From IMG/VR virus record IMGVR_UViG_3300013830_000001: DNA of 47,394 nt, one strand, 5' to 3'. Made by a program: the position numbers and the translations under genes. How positions within the stretch are numbered: position 1 is the stretch's first letter; every line of letters begins with the position of its first letter. The notes under the pieces are model-generated. The model was not told the origin of the DNA. It was given only the letters and a program-made list of their open reading frames with translations, and did no database searches. The stretch comes from a virus. Positions 40,517-47,394 of the stretch are shown piece by piece.

Positions 40517-40976
40517 AAATGCAGCCTTTATACTCTTTATACCAGTGTTTCGGGTTGCCGTACTTCACACGAAGTGCAAGCGCATTTGAGTAAGATCCGG
40601 AGTAGTTGGATTCAAGCCCGATGAAGTGGCCACTGCCGAAGTTGTGCAGAAGGTACACGACATGACCGGCTTTCGTTCCTGCACCATACACGGCGATCGC
40701 ATCCGCTTTCGGCTCATACCCAACAAGGAAGCCACTTCCATTCTTCTTACCTGCGGCGTAGAGCGTGCCAGCGTTGCCGTACAGGCGCTTGAACTTGTCT
40801 TTCGTTCCTCTTGCCATGTTGAACATCCCCCAGCAGAAACCGGTGCAGTTGGAGATGACAGCGCCGTTCCACCAAGGGTGCTTCAGCTCGCTGTTGCAGA
40901 TACAGTCTGAGTACCCGCCGTACTTCTTATTCGTAAAGTACTTTTTCATTTCTGTCATGCCGTGACTTCCTCCCAT
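40503..40976 (-). CDS. CHAP-domain peptidoglycan hydrolase (endolysin catalytic module)
   Basis: ..AVISNCTGFCWGMF.. (Cys) and ..GTKAGHVVYLLH.. (His). The ATG at 40958, with GGGAGGAA upstream, is the likely start. Confidence 0.75.
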   Translation of the reverse strand: MGGSHGMTEMKKYFTNKKYGGYSDCICNSELKHPWWNGAVISNCTGFCWGMFNMARGTKDKFKRLYGNAGTLYAAGKKNGSGFLVGYEPKADAIAVYGAGTKAGHVVYLLHNFGSGHFIGLESNYSGSYSNALALRVKYGNPKHWYKEYKGCIYDFT

Positions 40977-41413
40977 CCTGCCGGATAATCGCTAGGCGTC
41001 CATACGCAGTTAGCAAGAATGCACTTGTACTTCTTCCCATTGTATGTGATTTTGTCTCCGACCTGATAAGCGTCCGTTGACCCGGTCGGTTGCTTATACT
41101 CGGGATACTCGTCTGTGGTCGTGCCACTGGAAGACGACCCGCCGCCAGAAGATGCGCTTGCCTCAAGCGCTGTGACTCTTGTTTCCAGAGACTTCACACG
41201 CTCACCGAGTGCGGTCAGCTGGTCTTGCAAAGGCTTGTAAGAATCTTCCGGTTTTGCTTTATCACGAGCGGATGTGATGAGTTCATCTCTCTGCGCGTCC
41301 GTCAGAGATCCATACGCCCAGGACGTCATTATCTTGTTTTTCTCGTTTACGAGTTCAAAATCTCCGGCATAAATCTCGTTTTTTAGGATGTCATAGACCG
41401 TGGTTTCTGCCAT
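40955..41413 (-). CDS. XkdX-like N-terminus, coiled coil, and CBM5/12-like carbohydrate-binding C-terminus
   Basis: 152 aa; ..SWAYGSLTDAQRDELIT.., Ser/Gly linker, ..YQVGDKITYNGKKYKCILANCVWTPSDYPAGWEEV. Confidence 0.55.
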   Translation of the reverse strand: MAETTVYDILKNEIYAGDFELVNEKNKIMTSWAYGSLTDAQRDELITSARDKAKPEDSYKPLQDQLTALGERVKSLETRVTALEASASSGGGSSSSGTTTDEYPEYKQPTGSTDAYQVGDKITYNGKKYKCILANCVWTPSDYPAGWEEVTA

Positions 41414-41426
41414 TGCTACCTCCTTA

Positions 41427-41459
41427 AATAAAAAAGAGAGTGCAAGGAAGATTCCTTAC
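41427..41459 (-). terminator. Weak terminator between the fibre cluster and the lysis cassette
   Basis: Minus strand GTAAGGA-ATCT-TCCTTGC, then ACTCTCTTTTTTATTT. Confidence 0.4.
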
Positions 41460-41538
41460 ATTCTCCTAGATTTGATAAAAAACATGTTGTAGTTACATCA
41501 TATCACCAAAAATGATGTACGGCATAGTAGTGCAAGCA

Positions 41539-42546
41539 TTACGATGTTGCGCCAGATACCATAGTGTCAATCTCGGAATTCGAGATTGGTATAAGGTCGG
41601 TGATTTTTACATACCCGCTCAGATCTACATCTGTGCTTCCGAGCTTTTCAAATTTATTTGTGCTCTCAATATAAACGTATTCGTCATAGGCGTCACCTGC
41701 TCCGTGGCTGTGCGCGATGAGATAAATCGTTCCCGCCTTTCCAGTCGTCGGAAGCGACGTCACAATTTCAAAGCTGATGCCGGTTACGTCTTTAAGCTTG
41801 CTGGCAATTTCCGCGTCTACCTGTGACTTTGTCTGATATCCCTTCCCGGTGATCGCTGTGTCCACCTGTGCCGCGGTCTGATAGCCTTTTGCAGTGATCG
41901 CTGTGTCCACCTGTGCCGCGGTCTGATAGCCGTAGCCCTCCACAGTGCTCTTGACATTGGACTCCGTCTGGTACCCATACGCCTCTACAGCGGTCTTTAC
42001 GTTAGCCGCTGTCTGATAACCAGCGCCATTGGCGAGAGACGCGTTGTCGGTCGGCACGTTGATATTAACGGCCTTTTCTGAGTCAGGTACAAGCGCAGTG
42101 CCGTTGACCTTTACGGTGTCAATTTTATTCGGCTCGCCACCGGAAGCAGTCAGCGCCGCCACCTTTGCGACGGTATCGTCGTATGTCTTTTTAAGGTCAT
42201 TCGTCAGATCGTTAGACGTGAGCGTCTTTCCGTCCGCCTTGTCTACCTTGCCATTTAAAGCAAGTGCGACAGCAGAGCTGGCGACGGCATTTCCGTCCGT
42301 GCTGCTGATCGTGGTCGTGACTGTTGTTTTGTTTGCGCCAGCTTCAACACCCGCCAGTTTCTCTTTCTCGGACAGCGTGTAGTTGTTGTCCGTGTGCACA
42401 TAGCTTGCATCCGCCACAAAACTCCCGTCATTGCTAAGCTGGCTCATCTTAGTTGGAATCTTTGCAAGGATCGCCTGATAGTAGACAACGCTGAAGTGGT
42501 TCAAGTTGTCATAGGTCACATACTTGTACGTGCTATTATCTGCCAT
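41539..42546 (-). CDS. Tail fibre protein with GYQT 15-aa repeats
   Basis: 335 aa; ..YTLSEKEKLAGVEAGANK.., repeated GYQTAAQVDTAITAK units, globular C-terminus. Confidence 0.7.
   Translation of the reverse strand: MADNSTYKYVTYDNLNHFSVVYYQAILAKIPTKMSQLSNDGSFVADASYVHTDNNYTLSEKEKLAGVEAGANKTTVTTTISSTDGNAVASSAVALALNGKVDKADGKTLTSNDLTNDLKKTYDDTVAKVAALTASGGEPNKIDTVKVNGTALVPDSEKAVNINVPTDNASLANGAGYQTAANVKTAVEAYGYQTESNVKSTVEGYGYQTAAQVDTAITAKGYQTAAQVDTAITGKGYQTKSQVDAEIASKLKDVTGISFEIVTSLPTTGKAGTIYLIAHSHGAGDAYDEYVYIESTNKFEKLGSTDVDLSGYVKITDLIPISNSEIDTMVSGATS
41849..41931. repeat. 45-bp tandem repeats inside the fibre gene (two near-perfect copies; degenerate copies flank them across about 41822-42030)
   Basis: gtgatcgctgtgtccacctgtgccgcggtctgatagcc occurs at 41849-41886 and 41894-41931. 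Confidence 0.9.
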
Positions 42547-42850
42547 TAAAAAGCCTCCTAATCATGTCATCAATATCGCCATTTGTGAGGCTTTGCAGTG
42601 CCTCTTCTTTTAATCCAAAGTCAGCCATGCTCACAGTGCCTACAAGCTCTTTAACAGTCGTGCCGTACTGCAAAGATGGCTTATTCTCTAGCTTTTCGTA
42701 ATCCTTTGTGCCGTTGGAGTAGGTCACGTGGTCGGCGGACAAACTGCCGGACATGGTGTTGCCGCTGACCGCAAGCGTTCCAGCAGGCGATGTGCTGACT
42801 TTCAGCGTGCCTGTGATTTTCGGTGAGTAGTCACTCAACAAAATCACCAT
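42536..42850 (-). CDS. Small fibre-associated protein (..YEKLENKPSLQYG.. motif)
   Basis: 104 aa; the Y..LeNKPs motif is common in Firmicutes phage fibre proteins. Confidence 0.5.
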   Translation of the reverse strand: MVILLSDYSPKITGTLKVSTSPAGTLAVSGNTMSGSLSADHVTYSNGTKDYEKLENKPSLQYGTTVKELVGTVSMADFGLKEEALQSLTNGDIDDMIRRLFNGR

Positions 42851-43244
42851 CCTTCAGGCTCTTCCTAACCTTGACGGTCACATCTTCTGCAAGTGTCGCC
42901 CATGAGTGACTGTCTGCTCCTTTGCCGTAGACCTGCAGGGACACTAGACCAGGAGCAAATTTCCTTGTCTGCTCCTCGGTCAAGTAAAAGCTGACGGAGT
43001 TGCCGGACACATTGATGTCACTGCTTTTCAGCGTAACTGCAGTTCGGCCTTCCCGCTTCCCGTTTTGTGCGATCGTGACCTCTAGAACCGAGAACTGAGA
43101 CAGGTCAAGCGGTCCTCCGGTCGCGTCAAGCATTGTGTAAGTAAACAGTGGAGTGGTTCCACGCACAAACTCCTGCATGGTCTCCGCTTCCTCTGCTCCT
43201 TTTTTAACCTTATCGGTAGGACTCTCATACATGCGTATCACCAC
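42831..43244 (-). CDS. Hypothetical fibre-cluster protein (Ig-like beta domain suspected)
   Basis: 137 aa; ..RGTTPLFTYTMLDATGGPLDLSQFSVLEVTI.. Confidence 0.45.
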   Translation of the reverse strand: MVIRMYESPTDKVKKGAEEAETMQEFVRGTTPLFTYTMLDATGGPLDLSQFSVLEVTIAQNGKREGRTAVTLKSSDINVSGNSVSFYLTEEQTRKFAPGLVSLQVYGKGADSHSWATLAEDVTVKVRKSLKDGDFVE

Positions 43245-43247
43245 CCG

Positions 43248-44186
43248 TCATTTCACTCTAGTCCCAAAATCAAGCGGGTATACCAAATCATAGTCGAGCG
43301 GAAGACCAGCTTTAGTCCCTTGCACAGTGCCCGTTAGAAGCGATGTTTTGGGCTGGACAGACTTGAGCTGAAGCTCTCCACTTTTCGTGAGTGCGCCATC
43401 TAGCTGTGTAAATTTTGAACTGCTTCCTGACAACAAGCTACTGCTCAAGGTGTACCTGAAAATGACAGGAACGCCAAAGTCGGCCGGAGGTCTAAGGCCT
43501 TCCGGCACTGTCATAATTGTCACCCAGTCGCCAGATGTTTGATCTGACGATAGGTAAATCGTTCCGTGCAGATAGGCGATATTGTCCATTTTTACAATTG
43601 TCAAAGAAGATTTTGATGTGTTCACACAAGCGTTCCCACTGTACCCGCTCTTGAGAGTCCATGTTGACGAAATCGGTGGTATGAAAGCCTCCGTATAGTT
43701 CGGAGTGACAAGCGACCAAGCCGACGCAATGCCGCTCCCAGGCAAGTCGTTTAAGCATTGATAGCAAAGCTGGTTTTCTGCGATGTAAAGTGGCGATTCA
43801 TTAGTGGCGGTCGATGTCATAGATGCAGAAGTCGGCTTTGTGACACCCCAAGTGCTTGGGATGTATCCAAAAGAATAATTATACTGTGTTAGCGATGCGA
43901 GTTTTTTCTTCGGTGGATTCATTCTAGCTTTGGTGTTGATTGTTATTAAATTGTCAGTTTTGCATAAGTAAAAAGCTATATTAGTTCCGCTTAGCCGTGA
44001 GGTGTTGGAAGAGTCAAAAATGGCGTACTCGCTTCCCCCGAAGATCGCCTCGCCGGTTACTGCATCTCCAGAGTTCCCAATTGCTCTAGTGCCCTTCGAC
44101 AAGTTACTCTTGTCAACGGTGTCAGACGATATGTCACAAATTGCTGACCCATCCAAAATTATTTTGCTAACTCCCATAGACGGCAA
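43248..44186 (-). CDS. Receptor-binding-like protein 3 with the shared N-terminal module
   Basis: 312 aa; the N-terminus MPSMGVSKIILDGSAICDISSDTVDKSNLSKGTRAIGNSGDAVTGEA aligns with the two upstream genes; unique C-terminus. Confidence 0.55.
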   Translation of the reverse strand: MPSMGVSKIILDGSAICDISSDTVDKSNLSKGTRAIGNSGDAVTGEAIFGGSEYAIFDSSNTSRLSGTNIAFYLCKTDNLITINTKARMNPPKKKLASLTQYNYSFGYIPSTWGVTKPTSASMTSTATNESPLYIAENQLCYQCLNDLPGSGIASAWSLVTPNYTEAFIPPISSTWTLKSGYSGNACVNTSKSSLTIVKMDNIAYLHGTIYLSSDQTSGDWVTIMTVPEGLRPPADFGVPVIFRYTLSSSLLSGSSSKFTQLDGALTKSGELQLKSVQPKTSLLTGTVQGTKAGLPLDYDLVYPLDFGTRVK

Positions 44187-44775
44187 AGCCTCCTAAGAAG
44201 TACGTTTCATTGCTTTCATACTCACCTTTAAATTTGATGTAAATCGTACCGTCTGTTGCAATTTTTACGTAGTATTTAGACATAGTATTGTCGCTTGTAA
44301 GACCGTATAAGTTATAAAATTGCAGATTGATGTCATGTGAGAGTACGCCAGCTGGGAATTTTGCAACTTTATACCACGTGTCATCGCGGTATACGAAATA
44401 GTAATGATCTGTGTCGTCGTCGCTTTTTGTTGTGTAGCCATGCTTAAGCCCAAAGTTCAGCATAATGATTAAGCCAGACTTTGACTTTAAAATCACACTT
44501 TCTTCAGCATCTTTAGTATACCCACAGTACTCATCTTCCGACGCGTATTTTGTCGACCTGATTCCGCTGTCGTATCCTTCTACGCCGCACTCCTCAATCT
44601 GGTATGTTTTTGCTGGTTCTGCGCTTGTCTTCTCAGCAGTTCCAACGATTTTTTTCCCGCTTTTGTCGTGCGCAATGACGCCTTTTGCAAGCTTGTCAGG
44701 AGTCACCGTTACTCCGGTTAAGTCAAAGACGGTGTTTCCATTGATGATTACTTTACTGACGTCTGCCATGCTCAT
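44167..44775 (-). CDS. Receptor-binding-like protein 2 with the shared N-terminal module
   Basis: 202 aa; MSMADVSKVIINGNTVFDLTGVTVTPDKLAKGVIAHDKSGKKIVGTA, unique C-terminus. Confidence 0.55.
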   Translation of the reverse strand: MSMADVSKVIINGNTVFDLTGVTVTPDKLAKGVIAHDKSGKKIVGTAEKTSAEPAKTYQIEECGVEGYDSGIRSTKYASEDEYCGYTKDAEESVILKSKSGLIIMLNFGLKHGYTTKSDDDTDHYYFVYRDDTWYKVAKFPAGVLSHDINLQFYNLYGLTSDNTMSKYYVKIATDGTIYIKFKGEYESNETYFLGGFAVYGS

Positions 44776-45347
44776 CCTCCGATCGTGATTGTCAGCCCAC
44801 CTGTGGAGTTGGTCTCCGTCTTGTAAGGCACTGGGTTGATTGTGACGGACGACAGCCCAGTATACCCGCTGTCAGGCGTGATGGTCTGCTTGACGAAAGA
44901 CGCAGTTGCCTCTTTTGCCTGCATCTTTCCTGTGCCTTCGTGCGTTCCAGTAACTCCAAGAACGGTGACGCCCTGCGCGATGTTGCCTGGAACAAGTTTC
45001 TTTTTCTCGTCTGCACTGATGCTGACTGTCCCGCCGCTTGTATGTCCGGCTGGAATTGTCACGCTTTCTGAAACAGAAGATATGGTCCCGGACGTGTCAC
45101 CATTTGACGCCATCGTGCCAGTGACAGTCGCTCCCTTTGAGTAGGTGACCTTGCCAGATAAGACGTCCTCTGCGTTCGCTGTACCGCCGGACGTGTCACA
45201 GTCATACGGGCAAGACCCAGTGATAGGAGCTCCGTTCTTTCCGTGTGCTGTCTTTCCGGTAAGTACGGTGTCAGCTGTGATTGTGTCGGCGGTAAGGTCA
45301 ATGATTGTTGTCGTGCCAATGACGACCTTGTTATTATATTTCGCCAT
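44772..45347 (-). CDS. Receptor-binding-like protein 1 with the shared N-terminal module
   Basis: 191 aa; MAKYNNKVVIGTTTIIDLTADTITADTVLTGKTAHGKNGAPITGS; C-terminus ..STGGLTITIGG. Confidence 0.55.
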   Translation of the reverse strand: MAKYNNKVVIGTTTIIDLTADTITADTVLTGKTAHGKNGAPITGSCPYDCDTSGGTANAEDVLSGKVTYSKGATVTGTMASNGDTSGTISSVSESVTIPAGHTSGGTVSISADEKKKLVPGNIAQGVTVLGVTGTHEGTGKMQAKEATASFVKQTITPDSGYTGLSSVTINPVPYKTETNSTGGLTITIGG

Positions 45348-45359
45348 GCTGCGCCTCCA

Positions 45360-47195
45360 TTAACCACCAATCGTTACTGTGTTGCCGCCAGCGGCATTTT
45401 CAGAGTATGTTATGCTGGTCGATCCTCCACCTGTTCCGATGGTTGTGGATGTCTCAGACTTACCAGCAAGGAAGTTGAAGAGTACGGACGAAATGTACCC
45501 CTCCGTTTTTCCGCGCTTTACGTGTACGCGGACGCACACGCCCCATTTTTCAGACGTTTTCGCCGAGTTCGTAAATTTGTAGATGGTGCTCTTGGTCACA
45601 GACTCTTTGATGTCCTCCCATGTCGGCGTGTCGTCGAAGCCGTTAGTACAAGCCTCAATTGTGTATAGCTCCACATCTTCCGGGATGTCTCCAAGCACGG
45701 CGCAGATCAATTCGGTCGGTGCTTCCGTTGCCGGTACAGGAATGATGTTCTGGAAGTATGCTTCAGTGACATTCTTTGCGAACTTCTTAGAGTAGGTCGC
45801 GGTCTCTTTACCATCGTCAACTTCTATTGTCATTGTGTGAGAGCCGTTGACAACTCTCAGCCACTCATCAGATGTAAAAGTGTAAGCCCCTCCGTCGCGT
45901 CCTGTGACGGTCTTGACGGTCTTTCCGTCCAGCTTCCATTCCGTTGTCAGCGTGTCTCCCGTGTCCTCGTCTGAGACTGTGTAGACGATTTCAGGAGGTT
46001 CGGTGGTGAATGTTTCTTCCTGCGAGACCTTTGCGATCGTAATTGTCGGCTCGTGGTTGCTAAAGACAATTGACTCACTGCCCTCGGTATACTCAGAGTC
46101 GATGCTGTCGGTCTGGTTGATTGAGCAAACTCTGAACTTTGCTGTGCCAGCTCCGAACGGGACGACGCCAGTCCATCTCGTTCCGATTCCCTCATATACT
46201 GTGGTCCATTCGCCGGAGCCGTACTTCACCTGCAATCTGTACCCAATGGAGGTGATTGACGGGTCTGTACTCTTAGACCACGTTACCGTTGCATCTTTGC
46301 CTCCTCTCAGCTGGGAATCATAAATGATTTTTTCCGGCGCTGGCGGTGCAGTTGAAAGCAGTACAGTGTAGTCACCGTCCGCGTCTTTATCCGATGAAAC
46401 GTATACATCGCCGTCAAGAGACACGCCAAAGCGCACTCCATAGGACGTGTAGGCCTTAGTGCGGAAAGTCTCGCCCTCATTGTACATTGCCATCATACAG
46501 CAATAGTCATAGTAGTAGCAGTTTGCTATCCAGTATGGCCGCGGTACTCCGCTCTTCGGAGTCCAGTCAACTGTGATGGTGTCTGACCCGTTCGGCTTCG
46601 CCTGTGAGTGCTTAGCGCCCTCTTCAGACATGACAAAGTTTCGCTTATACGGGTCGTTAAAGTAAGGGAAGCGTGTACCGTATGAGTACACGTTGTTGTC
46701 GTTTGCATACCCGCCGAGCTCGTTATAGTCGTACAGCCAAATCTTACTGTTAATGGTTACGGTTGAACCGTAGTACAAGTTGTTTTCTACTTTGCGGGAT
46801 GCTGTCTGACACATCGCAATTTCGCGAGGGTCCCACTCGTTCAACATACCAGGGATATTGTCATAAGCATCTACTCCAACGTGAGACGCGTCTGGTGCCT
46901 GATCGGATGCGTGCTTTGCCGTATACCAGTTCTTTTTCCCAGAGTTCATCCACTGAAGGAGGTTCGACCACCCCAGCCTGTTGTTCCCGTAATCGCTAAT
47001 TGATCCCTGGTTGTTGTACGGCTCTTTCGCGTCAAAAGGCCTTGTGTCATCGCAGTACAGATTAGTTAGCTGTACGGAGTTTGTTGGGAAGCCTGTATGT
47101 GCCTTGTCGGTGATGACCATTCTGGTACGCTTTCCCCAGCGTTTACCAAACTTTACAACGTCGCCGACTTTCAAACTGCTAAGTCTTTGCGCCAT
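45360..47195 (-). CDS. Large multidomain fibre/host-recognition protein (DUF6273-like N-terminus, FN3-like and Ig-like domains)
   Basis: 611 aa; ..LKVGDVVKFGKRWG...GNNRLGWSNLLQWMNSGKKNWY.., FN3-like ..DATVTWSKSTDPSITSIGYRLQ..; C-terminus ..AAGGNTVTIGG; AAGGGAGG SD. Confidence 0.6.
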   Translation of the reverse strand: MAQRLSSLKVGDVVKFGKRWGKRTRMVITDKAHTGFPTNSVQLTNLYCDDTRPFDAKEPYNNQGSISDYGNNRLGWSNLLQWMNSGKKNWYTAKHASDQAPDASHVGVDAYDNIPGMLNEWDPREIAMCQTASRKVENNLYYGSTVTINSKIWLYDYNELGGYANDNNVYSYGTRFPYFNDPYKRNFVMSEEGAKHSQAKPNGSDTITVDWTPKSGVPRPYWIANCYYYDYCCMMAMYNEGETFRTKAYTSYGVRFGVSLDGDVYVSSDKDADGDYTVLLSTAPPAPEKIIYDSQLRGGKDATVTWSKSTDPSITSIGYRLQVKYGSGEWTTVYEGIGTRWTGVVPFGAGTAKFRVCSINQTDSIDSEYTEGSESIVFSNHEPTITIAKVSQEETFTTEPPEIVYTVSDEDTGDTLTTEWKLDGKTVKTVTGRDGGAYTFTSDEWLRVVNGSHTMTIEVDDGKETATYSKKFAKNVTEAYFQNIIPVPATEAPTELICAVLGDIPEDVELYTIEACTNGFDDTPTWEDIKESVTKSTIYKFTNSAKTSEKWGVCVRVHVKRGKTEGYISSVLFNFLAGKSETSTTIGTGGGSTSITYSENAAGGNTVTIGG

Positions 47196-47210
47196 TTCAA
47201 CCTACCTCCC

Positions 47211-47394
47211 TTAAAATTCAAGTCGCTCTGCTTCGGAGTTCCAGACACCAGCCGAAATTTTAGCGTCGGTTGCGTCTGCTTCGCTCGCGTTAGCGTGCCA
47301 TGTGTCAAAGTCGATCATGGCTCTGTTGTTCGCGATGTTGTTAAAGAGCGCATACCAGATTATCATGACTCTGTTCTCAAGTCCGTTGAACTTC
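47211..47394 (-). CDS. Tail fibre protein, 3' part of the junction-spanning gene (47315-47394 duplicates 1-80)
   Basis: In-frame continuation ...NNRAMIDFDTWHANASEADATDAKISAGVWNSEAERLEF, stop TAA at 47213-47211. Confidence 0.7.
   Translation of the reverse strand, partial: KFNGLENRVMIIWYALFNNIANNRAMIDFDTWHANASEADATDAKISAGVWNSEAERLEF
47315..47394. repeat. Terminal direct repeat, right copy (identical to 1..80)
   Basis: Exact match to bases 1-80. Confidence 0.95.

Larger units (their letters stand above)
1..47394. mobile_element. Complete temperate phage genome (contractile tail, lambda-like head module), circularly closed in this window
   Basis: Full set of integrase/immunity, replication, packaging, head, tail, baseplate, fibre and lysis genes; the two window ends overlap by an exact 80 bp. 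Confidence 0.9.

Noticed and set aside
41539-47195. Diversity-generating retroelement or invertible (shufflon/Gin-type) fibre switching
   Set aside because: There is no reverse transcriptase, no template/variable repeat pair and no invertase gene, and I saw no long inverted repeats flanking fibre segments. Variation seems to be achieved by multiple paralogous genes instead.

Overview
The window is one complete temperate phage genome, circularly closed or circularly permuted, probably from a low-GC Gram-positive (Clostridia/Bacilli-like) host. Bases 1-80 recur exactly at 47315-47394 and the junction lies inside a tail-fibre ORF, so the unique length is 47,314 bp. Almost everything is transcribed on the minus strand.

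In transcription order:
- Lysogeny switch: XRE repressor, ImmA-like protease and tyrosine integrase on the plus strand, with a divergent Cro-like gene and antirepressor on the minus strand.
- Replication/recombination module: a wHTH initiator carrying a 4 x 21-bp iteron origin, YqaJ exonuclease, RecT, SSB and RusA.
- A sigma/RinA/ArpU-like late regulator, followed by about 0.9 kb of ORF-poor sequence packed with hairpins and terminators.
- A roughly 6-kb accessory region: two DNA methyltransferases, a staphylococcal-type true lipase, small acidic proteins behind duplicated consensus promoters, a plus-strand moron with two tiny hydrophobic peptides plus an RHH-like protein, and a ~230-nt GC-rich, A-depleted non-coding island.
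- A roughly 30-kb late operon: ParB-like nuclease; lambda-type packaging and head genes (Nu1-like TerS, GpA TerL, gpW, portal, ClpP/gpC protease-scaffold, gpD-like decoration, gpE capsid); contractile tail (sheath, tube, G/GT chaperone with a -1 frameshift, tape measure); P2/Mu/PBSX-type baseplate; an expanded fibre/receptor-binding cluster; and a lysis cassette (CHAP plus a separate PG-binding ORF, holin) ending at attP.

I saw no rRNA, tRNA, CRISPR array, transposase or reverse transcriptase. All functional calls rest on motif-level recognition and synteny; no database search was possible. Non-ORF coordinates may be off by 1-2 nt.
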